Positions 10,969 to 27,610 are shown, numbered from the stretch's first letter. The stretch is 64,000 bases of DNA from Promethearchaeota archaeon (GCA_048938105.1 JBHLMN010000006.1:205591-269590), one strand, 5' to 3'. Numbers and translations: made by a program. Notes: generated from the letters alone by a model not told the origin.

Positions 10969-11047
10969 ATTTTGTCCTTTTATTATATAGGAATCACAAA
11001 TATTCTCAGATTTTGTCTTTTTATTATATAGGAATCACAAATATTCT
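10963..11047. repeat. 41-bp tandem direct repeat, 2 copies with 1 mismatch
   Basis: TCTCAGATTTTGTC(C/T)TTTTATTATATAGGAATCACAAATAT at 10963-11003 and 11004-11044. Confidence 0.9.
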
Positions 11048-11170
11048 TAATAATAAATTCTTAGATTGAAGCTTTACAAGATTAAGATTGAATCATAAAG
11101 CAAAGTATGGTAATAAGTTTATACTATAAGTGAAAATTAGAAATCTTCAAAGACGATCAAGTGAAAGTGA

Positions 11171-16931
<5,761 letters not shown>

Positions 16932-17157
16932 TCATCTTCATTTTATGCATACTAACCTAATAATGTATTCATGATGTTATTCAGCCCATTTGAATGCTAT
17001 GTATCCATCTCTGAAATCTACCTACATATAAGGGACAGATCTGCTTAATCTACCAACAAAATCTTTGTCGCAAATCTCATTTCCCAATCATTTTCGGCTA
17101 AAACTTTAAAAAATTTTTTATAAAACATCTACCATCAAGTAAGGTTGGTTAAATACT

Positions 17158-17625
17158 ATGAGTAAACAAGAAAGAATCGATTTTTACAAGGATCAAGTCG
17201 AATTAGAGAATACAATCGTTGAAAAAGCTGAAAAAGCTGTTCAGGGTTTGGACAATGTCCTCATTCGAGAATTGATTCTAGGGATCGCTCTAGACTCAAA
17301 AAAACATGCAGGAATGTTGAATGCACTGGTTAGCATATATACCAAGCCGACTCCCTCTGTAGCAGAAGAATTTGGAGATGAGCTTAAAAAAACTATCGCA
17401 GAACATATTGAGCTAGAACAACAAGCTATAGATACCTATCAAGAAAAATTGGAAACAACTGATAACGAAAGTGAGAGAATTATCATTAAAGCAATACTAA
17501 ACGACGAAAAGAAACATCATAAGCTCTTAACAACTATTCAAAAAATGATTGTGGAGAAACTGACTTTATCAGAAAAGGACTTATGGGAAATGGTTGAAGA
17601 GAGCTATTTCGATTTTGGGGAATAG
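17158..17625 (+). CDS. Ferritin-like diiron four-helix-bundle protein
   Basis: DSKKH / EHIELE / DEKKHH metal-ligand pattern; paralog of 45593..46069. Confidence 0.75.
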   Translation: MSKQERIDFYKDQVELENTIVEKAEKAVQGLDNVLIRELILGIALDSKKHAGMLNALVSIYTKPTPSVAEEFGDELKKTIAEHIELEQQAIDTYQEKLETTDNESERIIIKAILNDEKKHHKLLTTIQKMIVEKLTLSEKDLWEMVEESYFDFGE

Positions 17626-17907
17626 GACGATTACACTTGTAGAGCTCTTATACTTAATATTACCTCTCTCTTTTTTCACTAAAGCTTTACAACGGTGTTA
17701 AATCATATATATTCTAGCTTGATATGTCCCTGTAAGGGGTACTGGTAATTTTCTATTTTGACTTACTATTATGTAATTCATTCCTATTGTTTTTAAGAAT
17801 GTTTAAAAACTTGAAACTTCATATAATGATTATCTATTTAATTTTATATAACATTAAATAGTAATTTGAAAATAATTTCAATATTTAAATAAGATGAGGT
17901 TAGGTAA

Positions 17908-19818
17908 ATGGATTTATTCAAAATTCTCAAATTAAACAAAATCGCATATAAAATAGCTGCATTAGCTCTAGTTATAGCGTTAGTACCTATAGTAGTTATT
18001 ACTGTTTTTAATGCATCAGCTCTTCAAAATGAACTTTATTCAAATGTAAAACATGATTTGACCAACAGAGCAACAGATGTAATGCATATCAGCAATGAAA
18101 TGCTATTAAATCCTGTAGAGAGCGTTGAAAGCTTAGCTGAAAGCACAATGGTTCGAAGAAGCGCTTTAAATGCAACAAAACAAAATTTGACTGTATTATG
18201 GGATAGTTATGAAGGAGCAAACTTTGATAATGATGAGAATATGAAAAATAATAAAACAGCGAAGACATGGAATCCAGATAATGACATTGATCCTGGACTC
18301 TCTTCATACTTGGATACTTTTGCAATCAGATTTGGTTTTTCAGAGGTATTTATTGCCGATTCCCGAGGTTATGTATATGCTTGCTCCCAATCGGTTCCAG
18401 GTGATTTTTTACAGAAAGATGAGGATTGGTGGACCGCTGCTCGTGATACATCGGATGGGCAATTCATAGAGTTTGGTTACGATGATAGTACTGGTCAATA
18501 TTTGATGGACATCATTCAGGAAGTTCAGCTATCTGAGGGAACCTTCACTGGAATGATCAAGGCAGGATTTAATGTCGGAACATTGAATGAAGTAATTGCA
18601 GATGTTTCTCTCCTCCATGGATTAGAGGAAGAAGGAACAGAAGTAGAATATACTTCAGAATTCATTACTTCTGCGATAGAAGAAGAGGGGTTAATAGTAT
18701 TTATGGTTACTAGTGATGGTAAAATCTTCTCTCATCTTGACAGTTCACTCGTAGGGAAAAACTTAACTGAAATTATGTCACCAACTCATTCTGCAAACAA
18801 ACCTATATTTTCCATCTTGAATAGTGGCGTTTTGGAATATTCTCATGGAAAAAAAATAAATATCAATGGTGTTGATTATTTTGCTTCTTATGAACCACTT
18901 GTGAATTGGGATATTTTACTATTTTTTGGAGAAAAGGCAGCTCCTATCGAAAATAAGATCTTTAACCAAATTTTAGTTTCAATTGTCTTCTCTGTGGTCT
19001 TGGTAGCATTAGCCGTAGTTAGTGCTGTTTTCATGGCTACAACACTAGCAAAACCTATTAACAATTTATCGAAAGTCACTAATAAAATAGCCTCGGGTGA
19101 TTTAACTAGTAGTATAGAGGATCTTGACCTTGATAGACATGATGAAATTGGGAGGCTAAGCCGATCATTTGGTAGCATGGTAGAGAATCTTAGTGCTTTT
19201 GTTTATGGTTCACAATCGTCTGCAGAGGAAGTGGCTTCATCAGCTGAGGAATTAGCATCTACTTCAGAAGAAGTGAACGCTCTTAGCGAAGAAATTGCCG
19301 CGACAATTCAACAAATTAGCCGTGGTTCATCAAATCAATCCGAATTATCAGTGAAAGCCATTGAAGACGTAAAGCAAATGTCAGAGATAGTTGATCAGTC
19401 TCTTGAAAGAATTGAAAGTACATTACGAGTCATTGAAGATATTGCAGGCCAAACAAACATATTAGCGTTGAATGCAGCTATTGAAGCTGCACGTGCAGGT
19501 GAATATGGTAGAGGTTTTGCAGTTGTCGCTGATAATGTTCGAAGGCTTGCAGAGGAAACAAAAAACAATTCAGCTGAAATTAGCAAAGTGACTGTAGATA
19601 TTGTCACAAACATTGGTGGTAGTGTAGCGAGCTTACAAGAAACATTACAAGCATTTGCGGCTCAATCAGAAGAATTTAGCGCCTCTAGTGAGGAAGTGGC
19701 TGCTGCAACCGAGGAGCAAACAGCAGCTATGAATCAGATGACTACAGCAGCTCAAGATTTAACGAAGCTTGGTGAAAAAATGGCACAACTTGTTACAAAA
19801 TACAAAGTTGACAAATAA
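17908..19818 (+). CDS. Methyl-accepting chemotaxis protein (TM, Cache-like, TM, HAMP, MA)
   Basis: Two TM segments, HAMP (GDL...[10 protein letters not shown]), hairpin tip [35 protein letters not shown] methylation-type sites. Confidence 0.9.
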   Translation: MDLFKILKLNKIAYKIAALALVIALVPIVVITVFNASALQNELYSNVKHDLTNRATDVMHISNEMLLNPVESVESLAESTMVRRSALNATKQNLTVLWDSYEGANFDNDENMKNNKTAKTWNPDNDIDPGLSSYLDTFAIRFGFSEVFIADSRGYVYACSQSVPGDFLQKDEDWWTAARDTSDGQFIEFGYDDSTGQYLMDIIQEVQLSEGTFTGMIKAGFNVGTLNEVIADVSLLHGLEEEGTEVEYTSEFITSAIEEEGLIVFMVTSDGKIFSHLDSSLVGKNLTEIMSPTHSANKPIFSILNSGVLEYSHGKKININGVDYFASYEPLVNWDILLFFGEKAAPIENKIFNQILVSIVFSVVLVALAVVSAVFMATTLAKPINNLSKVTNKIASGDLTSSIEDLDLDRHDEIGRLSRSFGSMVENLSAFVYGSQSSAEEVASSAEELASTSEEVNALSEEIAATIQQISRGSSNQSELSVKAIEDVKQMSEIVDQSLERIESTLRVIEDIAGQTNILALNAAIEAARAGEYGRGFAVVADNVRRLAEETKNNSAEISKVTVDIVTNIGGSVASLQETLQAFAAQSEEFSASSEEVAAATEEQTAAMNQMTTAAQDLTKLGEKMAQLVTKYKVDK

Positions 19819-19836
19819 ATTCTGTGTTGTTATGAA

Positions 19837-19881
19837 TGGAGATCTTATTTTTAAGTATGAGTAGTGATCTCCAATTTTTTT
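19837..19881 (+). terminator. Hairpin plus T-run after the MCP gene
   Basis: TGGAGATC...GATCTCCA inverted repeat followed by ATTTTTTT. Confidence 0.45.
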
Positions 19882-19995
19882 AATTCTTAAAAAGAAGCTT
19901 AGATGCACCAATTAAACGTATATATTCTATATAGATCAGAATATAGAAAAGAAAGATCCCACCCCTTTTTCACTTGGATATATCCCTTTAAAAAA

Positions 19996-22395
19996 TCAAG
20001 CTGCAGCTTTCGCTTCTTTGTGGACTACTTCATGGTTTTTTCTAGCAATTTTACTCATTTCTGTTACAACGTCTGCAAATTTCTTCCCTTCTGCAGCTGA
20101 CATCCATTCAATGATAAACCGTTCATCAGCGATACCTTCTTTTTTCATCCAGCGACGAATCTTTTTCTCACGTTTCAATGCCCAATCGTTCCCAGAAATG
20201 TAATGACAGTCTTGAGGATGACAACCAGTCAACATCACGGCACCTGCCCCGCGTTCAAAGGCTCTTTTTATAAAATCAACATCGACACGACCCGAGCACA
20301 TTGTACGGACAATTCTAGAATTGGTTGGGTATTGAATGCGACTAGTTCCAGCTAGATCAGCTCCTCCATATGAACACCAGTTACAAGCAAAGATCATTAC
20401 TTTCTCTGAGGCGTTGTCTCTAAGGGCAATGTCTATTTGCCGCATAATCATCGCATCTGTAAAGTTGGTCATTGTTATAGCATCTTTCGGGCAATCTGCA
20501 GCACATGTTCCACAACCCTTGCATAAGATGGGATTAACATGAGCAGGAGTCTTCTTTTTCTTATCCACACTAATAGCATTGTAAGGACATCGTTTAGCAC
20601 AGGTACCACAAGAATTACAAAGCTCAGCATCAACATAGGCGTATAAGGGTTCAACAGTGAACTCTCCCTTAGCAAGTAACCTTGTCACTCGTCCTGCTGC
20701 AGCACTGGCTTGAGTAACACACTCGCGAATGTCTTTTGGAGATTCTGCCCCACCGGCGATGAAAACACCATCAGTTGGGGTATCAACTGGTTTTAATTTA
20801 GGGTGAGCTTCGATATAAAACCCTTTAGGATCACGAGAAACTGGAAATGGAATAGGATATGGTGAACCCTCTGCTCCAACAGAGAGAACTACAAGATCAA
20901 ATTCTTTAGTTAGAAGTTTCCCCGATTGGATATCTTCAACAGAGACGAGAAGATTGTTATTTCCCGGAATTTCTTCTATCAAACCTGGTCGTCCGCGGAT
21001 GAAATGGACTCCTTCCTCTCTTGAACGAGTATAAAGTTCTTCAAATCCTTTCCCAAAGGCTCGAATATCCATATAAAACACAGATATGTCTACGTCAGGC
21101 CAATGCTCTTTGATCAAAAGAGTGTCTTTTATAACTTCCATACAACAGAAGTTACTACAGTATGGGTTAAATCGAACGTCTCTCGATCCAACACAATTGA
21201 TGAATGCAACGCTTTTCGGAGGTTTGAGATCACTTGGGCGTACAAGTTCACCAGAAGTAGGCCCAGCTGCATTAATCAATCGCTCAAATTCGAATGTTGT
21301 TACTACATTGGGATAAGCTCCCCAACCATATTCTGGTATCTTGGAGGCATCAAAAATCTGAAAACCTGTAGCAACGATGATGGAACCCACTTTGAAGTTA
21401 TATACCTTTTCAGTGTCTTCATAAATGATAGCTTCTTTATCACACGTGGTAGTACATTTGCCACATGCTAATGGAGAAAGACCAAGACAGTTCTCGGTAT
21501 CTATTAGGTAAGCTGCTGGAACAGCCTGCGGATATGGAATATAAATTGCTTTCCTCCATCCTAGGTTACCAGAATATTCATCAATGACATTCACAGGACA
21601 AATATCAATACAATCATTGCAAGCGGTACAAAGGTCTTCATCTACATATCGTGGTTGTTTCGTAATAGTTACCTCGAAGTTTCCTACATATCCATCAATT
21701 TTCGTAACCTCTGCACTTGCAATCAAGTTGATATTTGGATGATTACCTACATCAGCCATCTTAGGGCCAAGAATACAGATTGAACAGTCCATAGTAGGGA
21801 ATGTTTTGTCAATTAACGCCATTCTCCCACCAATTGTCGGGCTTTTCTCGACCATGATGACTTCATAGTCATCAGCTAAATCTAACGCAGCTTGAATACC
21901 CGCTACCCCACCACCAATGATTAATACTCTTTTTTCAACAGGGACAACGATTTCCTCAACAGCTTCTAATAATTCAGCTTTGGCTATTGCCATTTCAGTT
22001 AATTCTTTAGCTTTTAAAGTTGCCTCTTCTTTTTCGTGGAGATGAACCCAACTACAGTGCTCTCTGATGTTAGCAACCTCAACCACTTCTGAATTCATTC
22101 CCAATCGTCGTAAGAGATTCTTCCATGTTGGAAGATGTAATCTTGGGGAACAAGCAGAAATAACTATTTTTTCTATTCCCTGTTCTTTAATAGCTTCCTC
22201 AATCTCAACCTGTCCTGGATCTGAACAGGTATAGGTGTTTACCTGTACCAGTTTTACTCCTGGTAACTGCTCAACTTCTTTGGCGATTTCATCTATATCG
22301 ACAGTTCCACCAATATTCTTCCCACATTTACAGAGAAAAACACCAATTTTAGATTCATTTGTTGGTTGATCAACACTTTCGGTCATTGTAATCAC
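19996..22395 (-). CDS. hdrA: HdrA (FAD/[4Fe-4S]) fused to a C-terminal MvhD [2Fe-2S] domain
   Basis: KIGVFLCKCG, CSPRLH, ANIREHCSWVH, GGGVAG, KTFPTMDC, CVGSRD...YCSNFCC, ferredoxin motifs; C-terminal ACNWCSY, MCSGRVD and GCHPQDCHY mark MvhD. Confidence 0.92.
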   Translation of the reverse strand: MITMTESVDQPTNESKIGVFLCKCGKNIGGTVDIDEIAKEVEQLPGVKLVQVNTYTCSDPGQVEIEEAIKEQGIEKIVISACSPRLHLPTWKNLLRRLGMNSEVVEVANIREHCSWVHLHEKEEATLKAKELTEMAIAKAELLEAVEEIVVPVEKRVLIIGGGVAGIQAALDLADDYEVIMVEKSPTIGGRMALIDKTFPTMDCSICILGPKMADVGNHPNINLIASAEVTKIDGYVGNFEVTITKQPRYVDEDLCTACNDCIDICPVNVIDEYSGNLGWRKAIYIPYPQAVPAAYLIDTENCLGLSPLACGKCTTTCDKEAIIYEDTEKVYNFKVGSIIVATGFQIFDASKIPEYGWGAYPNVVTTFEFERLINAAGPTSGELVRPSDLKPPKSVAFINCVGSRDVRFNPYCSNFCCMEVIKDTLLIKEHWPDVDISVFYMDIRAFGKGFEELYTRSREEGVHFIRGRPGLIEEIPGNNNLLVSVEDIQSGKLLTKEFDLVVLSVGAEGSPYPIPFPVSRDPKGFYIEAHPKLKPVDTPTDGVFIAGGAESPKDIRECVTQASAAAGRVTRLLAKGEFTVEPLYAYVDAELCNSCGTCAKRCPYNAISVDKKKKTPAHVNPILCKGCGTCAADCPKDAITMTNFTDAMIMRQIDIALRDNASEKVMIFACNWCSYGGADLAGTSRIQYPTNSRIVRTMCSGRVDVDFIKRAFERGAGAVMLTGCHPQDCHYISGNDWALKREKKIRRWMKKEGIADERFIIEWMSAAEGKKFADVVTEMSKIARKNHEVVHKEAKAAA

Positions 22396-22404
22396 TTATT
22401 ATCA

Positions 22405-23280
22405 TCATTTTTTTGTCTTACTTTGTGCTAACTCTATCACACGATCTACTTTCTGAGTAAAACCCTCCCGTTGCGCATCAACAAACTCCCCGCAAATAAT
22501 TATGCCTTTCTTAAAGTCAAATGTAGCTTCGTGGGGTGGACAATTAGTTTTTACTCTAACTTGCTTTTTTAACCATTCTAACATCGCTACAGCATCACCA
22601 AGTTTATTCTTTCGGCCGTATTGGGTAAAGCAAGGAGCAAGAACCTCTATGAAACTGAAACCTGGATTATCAAACGATTTTAGGATACTTTTTCGTAATC
22701 GAAGTGTGTCATATCCAGGCCACCTAGCAACATAACTGGCTCCTGCAGCTGCAGCTAGAGAAACTAAGTTGAATGGAGGCTCAATGTTTCCGTAAGGTGT
22801 TGTTGCTGTGAAGTCACCAATTTGAGTCGTTGGAGCTACCTGTCCACCCGTCATTCCATACACATTATTGTTTATACACAGAACAGTTACCTCTATATTT
22901 CTTCTACATGCATGAATGAAATGGTTACCTCCTATTGCAAAGAGATCTCCATCTCCTGAAAGTACAACGACTTCAAGATCAGGATTCGCTAATTTCAACC
23001 CTGTAGCAAAAGGAATAGCCCTCCCATGTGTGGTATGAAAAGCAGGTGCTTTAAAACAACCGCTTGATCGGCCAGTACAACCTATACCTGACACAACTGC
23101 GTACTCTTTAGCAGTGAGGCCTCTTTCTCGAATACAACTAGTTATAGACGTAATTGCAGATCCAATTAAACACCCTGGACAAAAGATAAAACGATGCAAG
23201 TTCAACCATTGATGTAAAGGGTGTTCCTCTGGAAAGTCCTCAGAGCTTTCAGGTGATGGTATTTTTTCTATTGTAGTCAT
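22405..23280 (-). CDS. korB: 2-oxoacid:ferredoxin oxidoreductase beta subunit (archaeal multi-subunit type)
   Basis: FCPGC, SGIGC, HTTHGRA, GDGD...NN TPP motif, YGMTGGQ. Confidence 0.9.
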   Translation of the reverse strand: MTTIEKIPSPESSEDFPEEHPLHQWLNLHRFIFCPGCLIGSAITSITSCIRERGLTAKEYAVVSGIGCTGRSSGCFKAPAFHTTHGRAIPFATGLKLANPDLEVVVLSGDGDLFAIGGNHFIHACRRNIEVTVLCINNNVYGMTGGQVAPTTQIGDFTATTPYGNIEPPFNLVSLAAAAGASYVARWPGYDTLRLRKSILKSFDNPGFSFIEVLAPCFTQYGRKNKLGDAVAMLEWLKKQVRVKTNCPPHEATFDFKKGIIICGEFVDAQREGFTQKVDRVIELAQSKTKK

Positions 23281-23282
23281 AT

Positions 23283-24437
23283 TTAAACCTCCTTAAGTAA
23301 CTGTTCATATATAAATGTTGGACTAAATGGAATAGTCGTTGGAATTAGGATACCAGGAACTTCAAATCCAAGATGGCGAAATCGTTGAACTTCTCGAATG
23401 ACCATTCCATAGTTCATTTCACTAACAATAACCTTTTTCACACCGAGCTTACTTAATTTCTCCATTAACTCCTGGGGGAATGGCCAAAGTGTCCTTAACC
23501 GAACTAATCCGACTTTATGGCCTTTTTTACGTACGCGCTCTACAGCTTCAGGAACACTTCTTGAATTTATTCCATAAGACAACATGACTATCTCTGCATC
23601 GTCTAAATGTTGTTCTTCCCATGGGATATATTTGTTAATATCGGAACTTGCGTTTCTGATCTTATCACAAAGACGCTTGACAAGTGTTATTGCTGTCTCT
23701 GGGGTCATATCAGGACTACCAGTTACATCATGGGTAAGACCAGTGACGTAGAAATTATAATCACTTCCTGCAGTAGCCATCCCAGGAACGAGGTCGTCAT
23801 CAAACACTTCAAAAGGTTGGTACTTTTCTGGTGGAACTTGAGGGGGTTTACGATTTATAATCTCAAAATCTGTGTGATATCGAACGGGTTCCATCATCTG
23901 CCCAACGATACCATCTGATGCAACAATCACAGGCGTTCTATATTTTTCTGCTAAATTAAACGCGTAAATCCCAAAATCATACATCTCTTGAACTGATCCT
24001 GGAGCTAAAACAATAACTTCATAATCACCATGAGAAGCAAATCTTACCTGCATTACATCAGATTGTGATGCTTTTGTAGGTTGTCCTGTACTAGGGCCGC
24101 CCCTCATAATAGTCACAATAACCAATGGAGCTTCTAACATCACTCCAAGGCCAACAGTTTCAGCCATAAGTGAAAAACCTGGCCCTGAAGTTGCAGTCAT
24201 TGCTTTTACACCAGCATAAGAAGCACCAACAACAGCAACTATTGAAGCAAGTTCATCCTCCATTTGGATAAACTTCCCCCCAACCTGGGGTAAACGTCTG
24301 GACATGTAATGCGCTATTTCTGAAGAAGGAGTGATGGGGTATCCACCAAAGAATCGACAACCAGCTGCGATCGCGCCTTCAGCTACCGCATAATTACCAG
24401 TAGTCAAAATTAGTTTGCCATTTTTACTACTACTCAT
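23283..24437 (-). CDS. korA: 2-oxoacid:ferredoxin oxidoreductase alpha subunit
   Basis: GYPITPSSE, QMEDE, TATSGPGFSL, RGGPSTG. Confidence 0.9.
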   Translation of the reverse strand: MSSSKNGKLILTTGNYAVAEGAIAAGCRFFGGYPITPSSEIAHYMSRRLPQVGGKFIQMEDELASIVAVVGASYAGVKAMTATSGPGFSLMAETVGLGVMLEAPLVIVTIMRGGPSTGQPTKASQSDVMQVRFASHGDYEVIVLAPGSVQEMYDFGIYAFNLAEKYRTPVIVASDGIVGQMMEPVRYHTDFEIINRKPPQVPPEKYQPFEVFDDDLVPGMATAGSDYNFYVTGLTHDVTGSPDMTPETAITLVKRLCDKIRNASSDINKYIPWEEQHLDDAEIVMLSYGINSRSVPEAVERVRKKGHKVGLVRLRTLWPFPQELMEKLSKLGVKKVIVSEMNYGMVIREVQRFRHLGFEVPGILIPTTIPFSPTFIYEQLLKEV

Positions 24438-24721
24438 GGTTCTATACCCTCCTGTGGTATTTGAATTTCAGTAACGAAGATTGAAACCGAGGGACATAGT
24501 CTCTCACATTGTTGACATCCTACACATTCATCAGGCTTCACAGCGACAGCTGGGTGTAGCATTCGTGAGTTATATGCATCCAAATCAATCTCTATAACAT
24601 TTGTCGGACAGAATTCCACACATAATTCACATCCATCACACTGTTCAGTTAGTATTGACACAACATACTCATGTTCAGCACGAGGAGGTGGTAATATGGG
24701 CTTCCGTTGGCTTCTTAACAT
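24434..24721 (-). CDS. korD: 2-oxoacid:ferredoxin oxidoreductase delta subunit (2x[4Fe-4S])
   Basis: CDGCELCVEFCP and CVGCQQCERLCP; 4-bp overlap with korA. Confidence 0.88.
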   Translation of the reverse strand: MLRSQRKPILPPPRAEHEYVVSILTEQCDGCELCVEFCPTNVIEIDLDAYNSRMLHPAVAVKPDECVGCQQCERLCPSVSIFVTEIQIPQEGIEP

Positions 24722-25317
24722 TTTCTTTCCTCTTTATGAAGTTCACACTTCTAATCATATTATTCTTAGTTATGGTTCAATTTAAAGACTAGGCTTTTAA
24801 ATTTGCTTTTTGTTGGGTTAATTCGATTTCACTTTATAGTTACTTCTTAGTTATAATCATTCTTATGTAAAATAGATCTTGTTCAATCCCCTAGTATTTT
24901 CTCAATTGTTAACTATTATCATTGATTCTTTCTTCTCAGATATTGATCTTCGATGACAATCCATTCGTTCTTATCATTAAGCATCTCAGTTTATTCTTAC
25001 GCCAATAATTCTGGTTTTTAAAGGATTATTAAGATATGGTAAGTTAATTAGTAATCTAACATTAACCTAAAATGAAGATTAGAATAATATTTCTGATAAA
25101 TCTAATTTATTATGGTCATTAACTATTTAAAATGATTGTTATACGTAAATCATACTCCTAAACAATTGTTATTACGTCATAAAAATTGTTCCAATTATAT
25201 TTTTGAAAAAATTCTCACCACTTTTCTCCGTAAGAGTGTTAGAGATAATTATTTCAATCTTAACGTTCTTGTTGCCTTTAAAGATAATAATTTTCTTTTT
25301 AATTTTAAAAGTGTTGA

Positions 25318-26178
25318 TCAAAGTTCTCTGATCTCTTTGATTAATTCCCCTGCTTCATTACACTTTTCCTGAATTAAAAGTATATTAGGTTTCTCTGATT
25401 CATCCAAAGTTCCTCTCATCTCAATAATAGAAGCCGCGCTGATTATGATCTGAAGAATATTTCCAATATTATGTGAGTATTTATCTTTCAGCTGATCTTT
25501 GTCCATATATGCAATACCTCTTTCAAGATGAATAAAAAGAACAATAATTAGGATGGTTAATAAAATCCCCATTGTATAATTGCTGATTATCGCTAATATA
25601 TTTGTAGAATAATATAATCCATAAGAGTAATCCTCTATTGATAACATAAGGATGATTGATAAGATCAAATAACAGATTACACTAATAATAGTTAAATATA
25701 ACCATTTAGCTCCTCCTCTTATAGTTGTATTGATTTCTTTTCCTTTAAGTAAGATCATCAAGGAGATAGCAACATATGATATAAAAATCATCGCAACTGC
25801 AAAGGGTAATGCAAATGTTTCCCCAAATAGTCCATAAATTGTTAGGGGAAATATCATATAAAATAAAGTCACTAAAAACATTATTTTTCCTGGAACAAAG
25901 CGAAAATACGATAAAATTCCCATGAAGATAAGGATTAGCCCTTCTGCACTCAAAATCGCATTCATGAGAAGGAGGATTTCATTTAGAAAACCTGTAGTGA
26001 GATTATCAGCAATAATTGGTAAAAATCCAGTCACTACCCAACAGATCCAACCAAAAACAGGTGCGATAAATCTCTTTTTTTTCAGATTGATTAAGAATTC
26101 AATAGAAAGAGCCAAACCAATTATTCGAATAATGGTTAGAAGAATTAAGTTGTAAAACGAGAGAAGATTCATTTTCAT
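25318..26178 (-). CDS. Multi-TM membrane protein ending in a HisKA-like helical hairpin with no ATPase domain
   Basis: About 7 hydrophobic segments, then KYSHNIGNILQII, resembling a kinase H-box. The protein stops about 50 aa later. Confidence 0.6.
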   Translation of the reverse strand: MKMNLLSFYNLILLTIIRIIGLALSIEFLINLKKKRFIAPVFGWICWVVTGFLPIIADNLTTGFLNEILLLMNAILSAEGLILIFMGILSYFRFVPGKIMFLVTLFYMIFPLTIYGLFGETFALPFAVAMIFISYVAISLMILLKGKEINTTIRGGAKWLYLTIISVICYLILSIILMLSIEDYSYGLYYSTNILAIISNYTMGILLTILIIVLFIHLERGIAYMDKDQLKDKYSHNIGNILQIIISAASIIEMRGTLDESEKPNILLIQEKCNEAGELIKEIREL

Positions 26179-26342
26179 TCAGCATCTAGTATGTCTCAAG
26201 AGAACACTTGATTGAATTCGATGATCTTTAAAATACTTCTCAAATATGTGATCTCCTCCCTTTTTAGAAACATGTAATATTCACAGGAATTGTGTGCCTT
26301 TGGAAAAAAAGAAAGTTAAAGAAATAGTAACACTGATTGAAA

Positions 26343-26822
26343 CTATTCCCCGAGGAATTGCATCATTTTATTTTCATGTACAACTTCTTCTTCTAAGATA
26401 TGCATCATGAGGTTGTAAGTTCGAAAATCTTTGTCTTTAGTTAACTCCATGAGTTTCACATATACCCCGATGGCACATCGTTCGTCCTCTTTTATTAACT
26501 CCGCCATCGCAGTCAAATCATTGGCATCTGGAAGCGTATTTGGATATTTACAATTCGCCTGGCGGTTGACTTCATCCCACATGACAATTGGCTGACCTCC
26601 CAATTCGAGAATTCTCTCAGCTAATTCATCAGCGTGTTCTAACTCTTCTTCTGCAATTTCTTTTACTGCATCTGCAAATTGAAAGGATCCCCTACCATTT
26701 GCGATAGTTGCTAAACTAATGTATTGAAAGTAAGCTAACCACTCATCGCAGTATGCTTTATTCAATTCTGATACTATTTCTTCTTTATTCCCCTTTACAA
26801 GATCAACACTTTTTGTACCCAT
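26343..26822 (-). CDS. DPS-like (DpsL/thioferritin) protein, bacterial-type
   Basis: DEWLAYFQY, EELEHA, ANCKYP, ERCAI, EEVVHE with the Cys pair. Likely start is the ATG at 26822, preceded by AGGAGA. Confidence 0.8.
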   Translation of the reverse strand: MGTKSVDLVKGNKEEIVSELNKAYCDEWLAYFQYISLATIANGRGSFQFADAVKEIAEEELEHADELAERILELGGQPIVMWDEVNRQANCKYPNTLPDANDLTAMAELIKEDERCAIGVYVKLMELTKDKDFRTYNLMMHILEEEVVHENKMMQFLGE

Positions 26823-26964
26823 CTTTTCTGTCTCCTTTGAAATACACAATTTATATCATTCGAATGGATTTATTTTTTTAAGCCTAGTTTGAGTGTCTTT
26901 TAATTGTCTCTACCTTACTTATTAATGTCAGTATATTTTTTTCGGAACTTCATCTTCAAAAATA

Positions 26965-27024
26965 TTGAATATTAATTAATACTTGATATTAACTAATATT
27001 CAAATCCTAATTTATTAGTTAATA
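26965..27024. promoter_or_regulatory. 17-5-17 inverted repeat plus a third copy of the core; candidate Fur/PerR operator
   Basis: TTGAATATTAATTAATA-cttga-TATTAACTAATATTCAA (1 mismatch) at 26965-27003, and TATTAGTTAATA at 27013-27024, between the divergent DpsL genes. Confidence 0.6.
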
Positions 27025-27052
27025 GACTACTAAACTAAAAGGATATGAAAAT

Positions 27053-27610
27053 ATGACAGCAGAAGTAGCTAGAAAAATGGTAGAGAAAGCTGGAATTGAT
27101 GTCGATAAATTGTTGGAGCTATTAATTAAGAATGCAGCAGCAGAACTAACGACATATTATTATTATACCATATTACGGACAAATCTTATTGGATTTGACG
27201 GAGAAGGTTTGAAAAAGATTGCTGAAGATGCAAGAATAGAAGACAGAAATCATTTTGAGGCTTTAGTTCCTAGGATCTATGAGCTCGGTGGAAAATTACC
27301 TGATGATATGAAAGAGTTCCATGATGTTTCGGCTTGTCCGCCTGCGTATTTACCGAAGGATATTACTGATGTGAAAGAAATTGTTAAAGTCTTACTAAAA
27401 GCAGAACAGTGTGCAGTTCGAGGATACACTGAAATCTGCAATATGACGGCTGGGAAGGATCATAGAACCTATGATTTAGCTTTAGCAATCCTAAATGAAG
27501 AAATTGAGCATGAAGCATGGTTCACAGAATTTTTAGGAAAAGGGCCTTCAGGACACTTTCTCAGACCTAATGGTGTGAACAGCCCCTATGTTTCAAAGTT
27601 TCTTCATTAG
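27053..27610 (+). CDS. dpsL: DPS-like protein, archaeal type
   Basis: [66 protein letters not shown]. Confidence 0.92.
   Translation: MTAEVARKMVEKAGIDVDKLLELLIKNAAAELTTYYYYTILRTNLIGFDGEGLKKIAEDARIEDRNHFEALVPRIYELGGKLPDDMKEFHDVSACPPAYLPKDITDVKEIVKVLLKAEQCAVRGYTEICNMTAGKDHRTYDLALAILNEEIEHEAWFTEFLGKGPSGHFLRPNGVNSPYVSKFLH

Noticed and set aside
10963-11047. Possible CRISPR repeat
   Set aside because: Only two head-to-tail copies, with no spacer and no cas genes.
16975-17090. Protein-like minus-strand frame GNEICDKDF...YM*VDFRDGYIAFKWAE* as TAG readthrough
   Set aside because: No start codon, no recognisable family and no pyrrolysine genes in the window.
19996-22395. Selenocysteine recoding in HdrA/MvhD
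   Set aside because: The frame is uninterrupted and the usual Sec positions are Cys codons; no SECIS was recognised.
24722-25317. Small ORFs in the AT-rich spacer (25136..25372, 24601..24792)
   Set aside because: Non-coding-like composition and no motifs.
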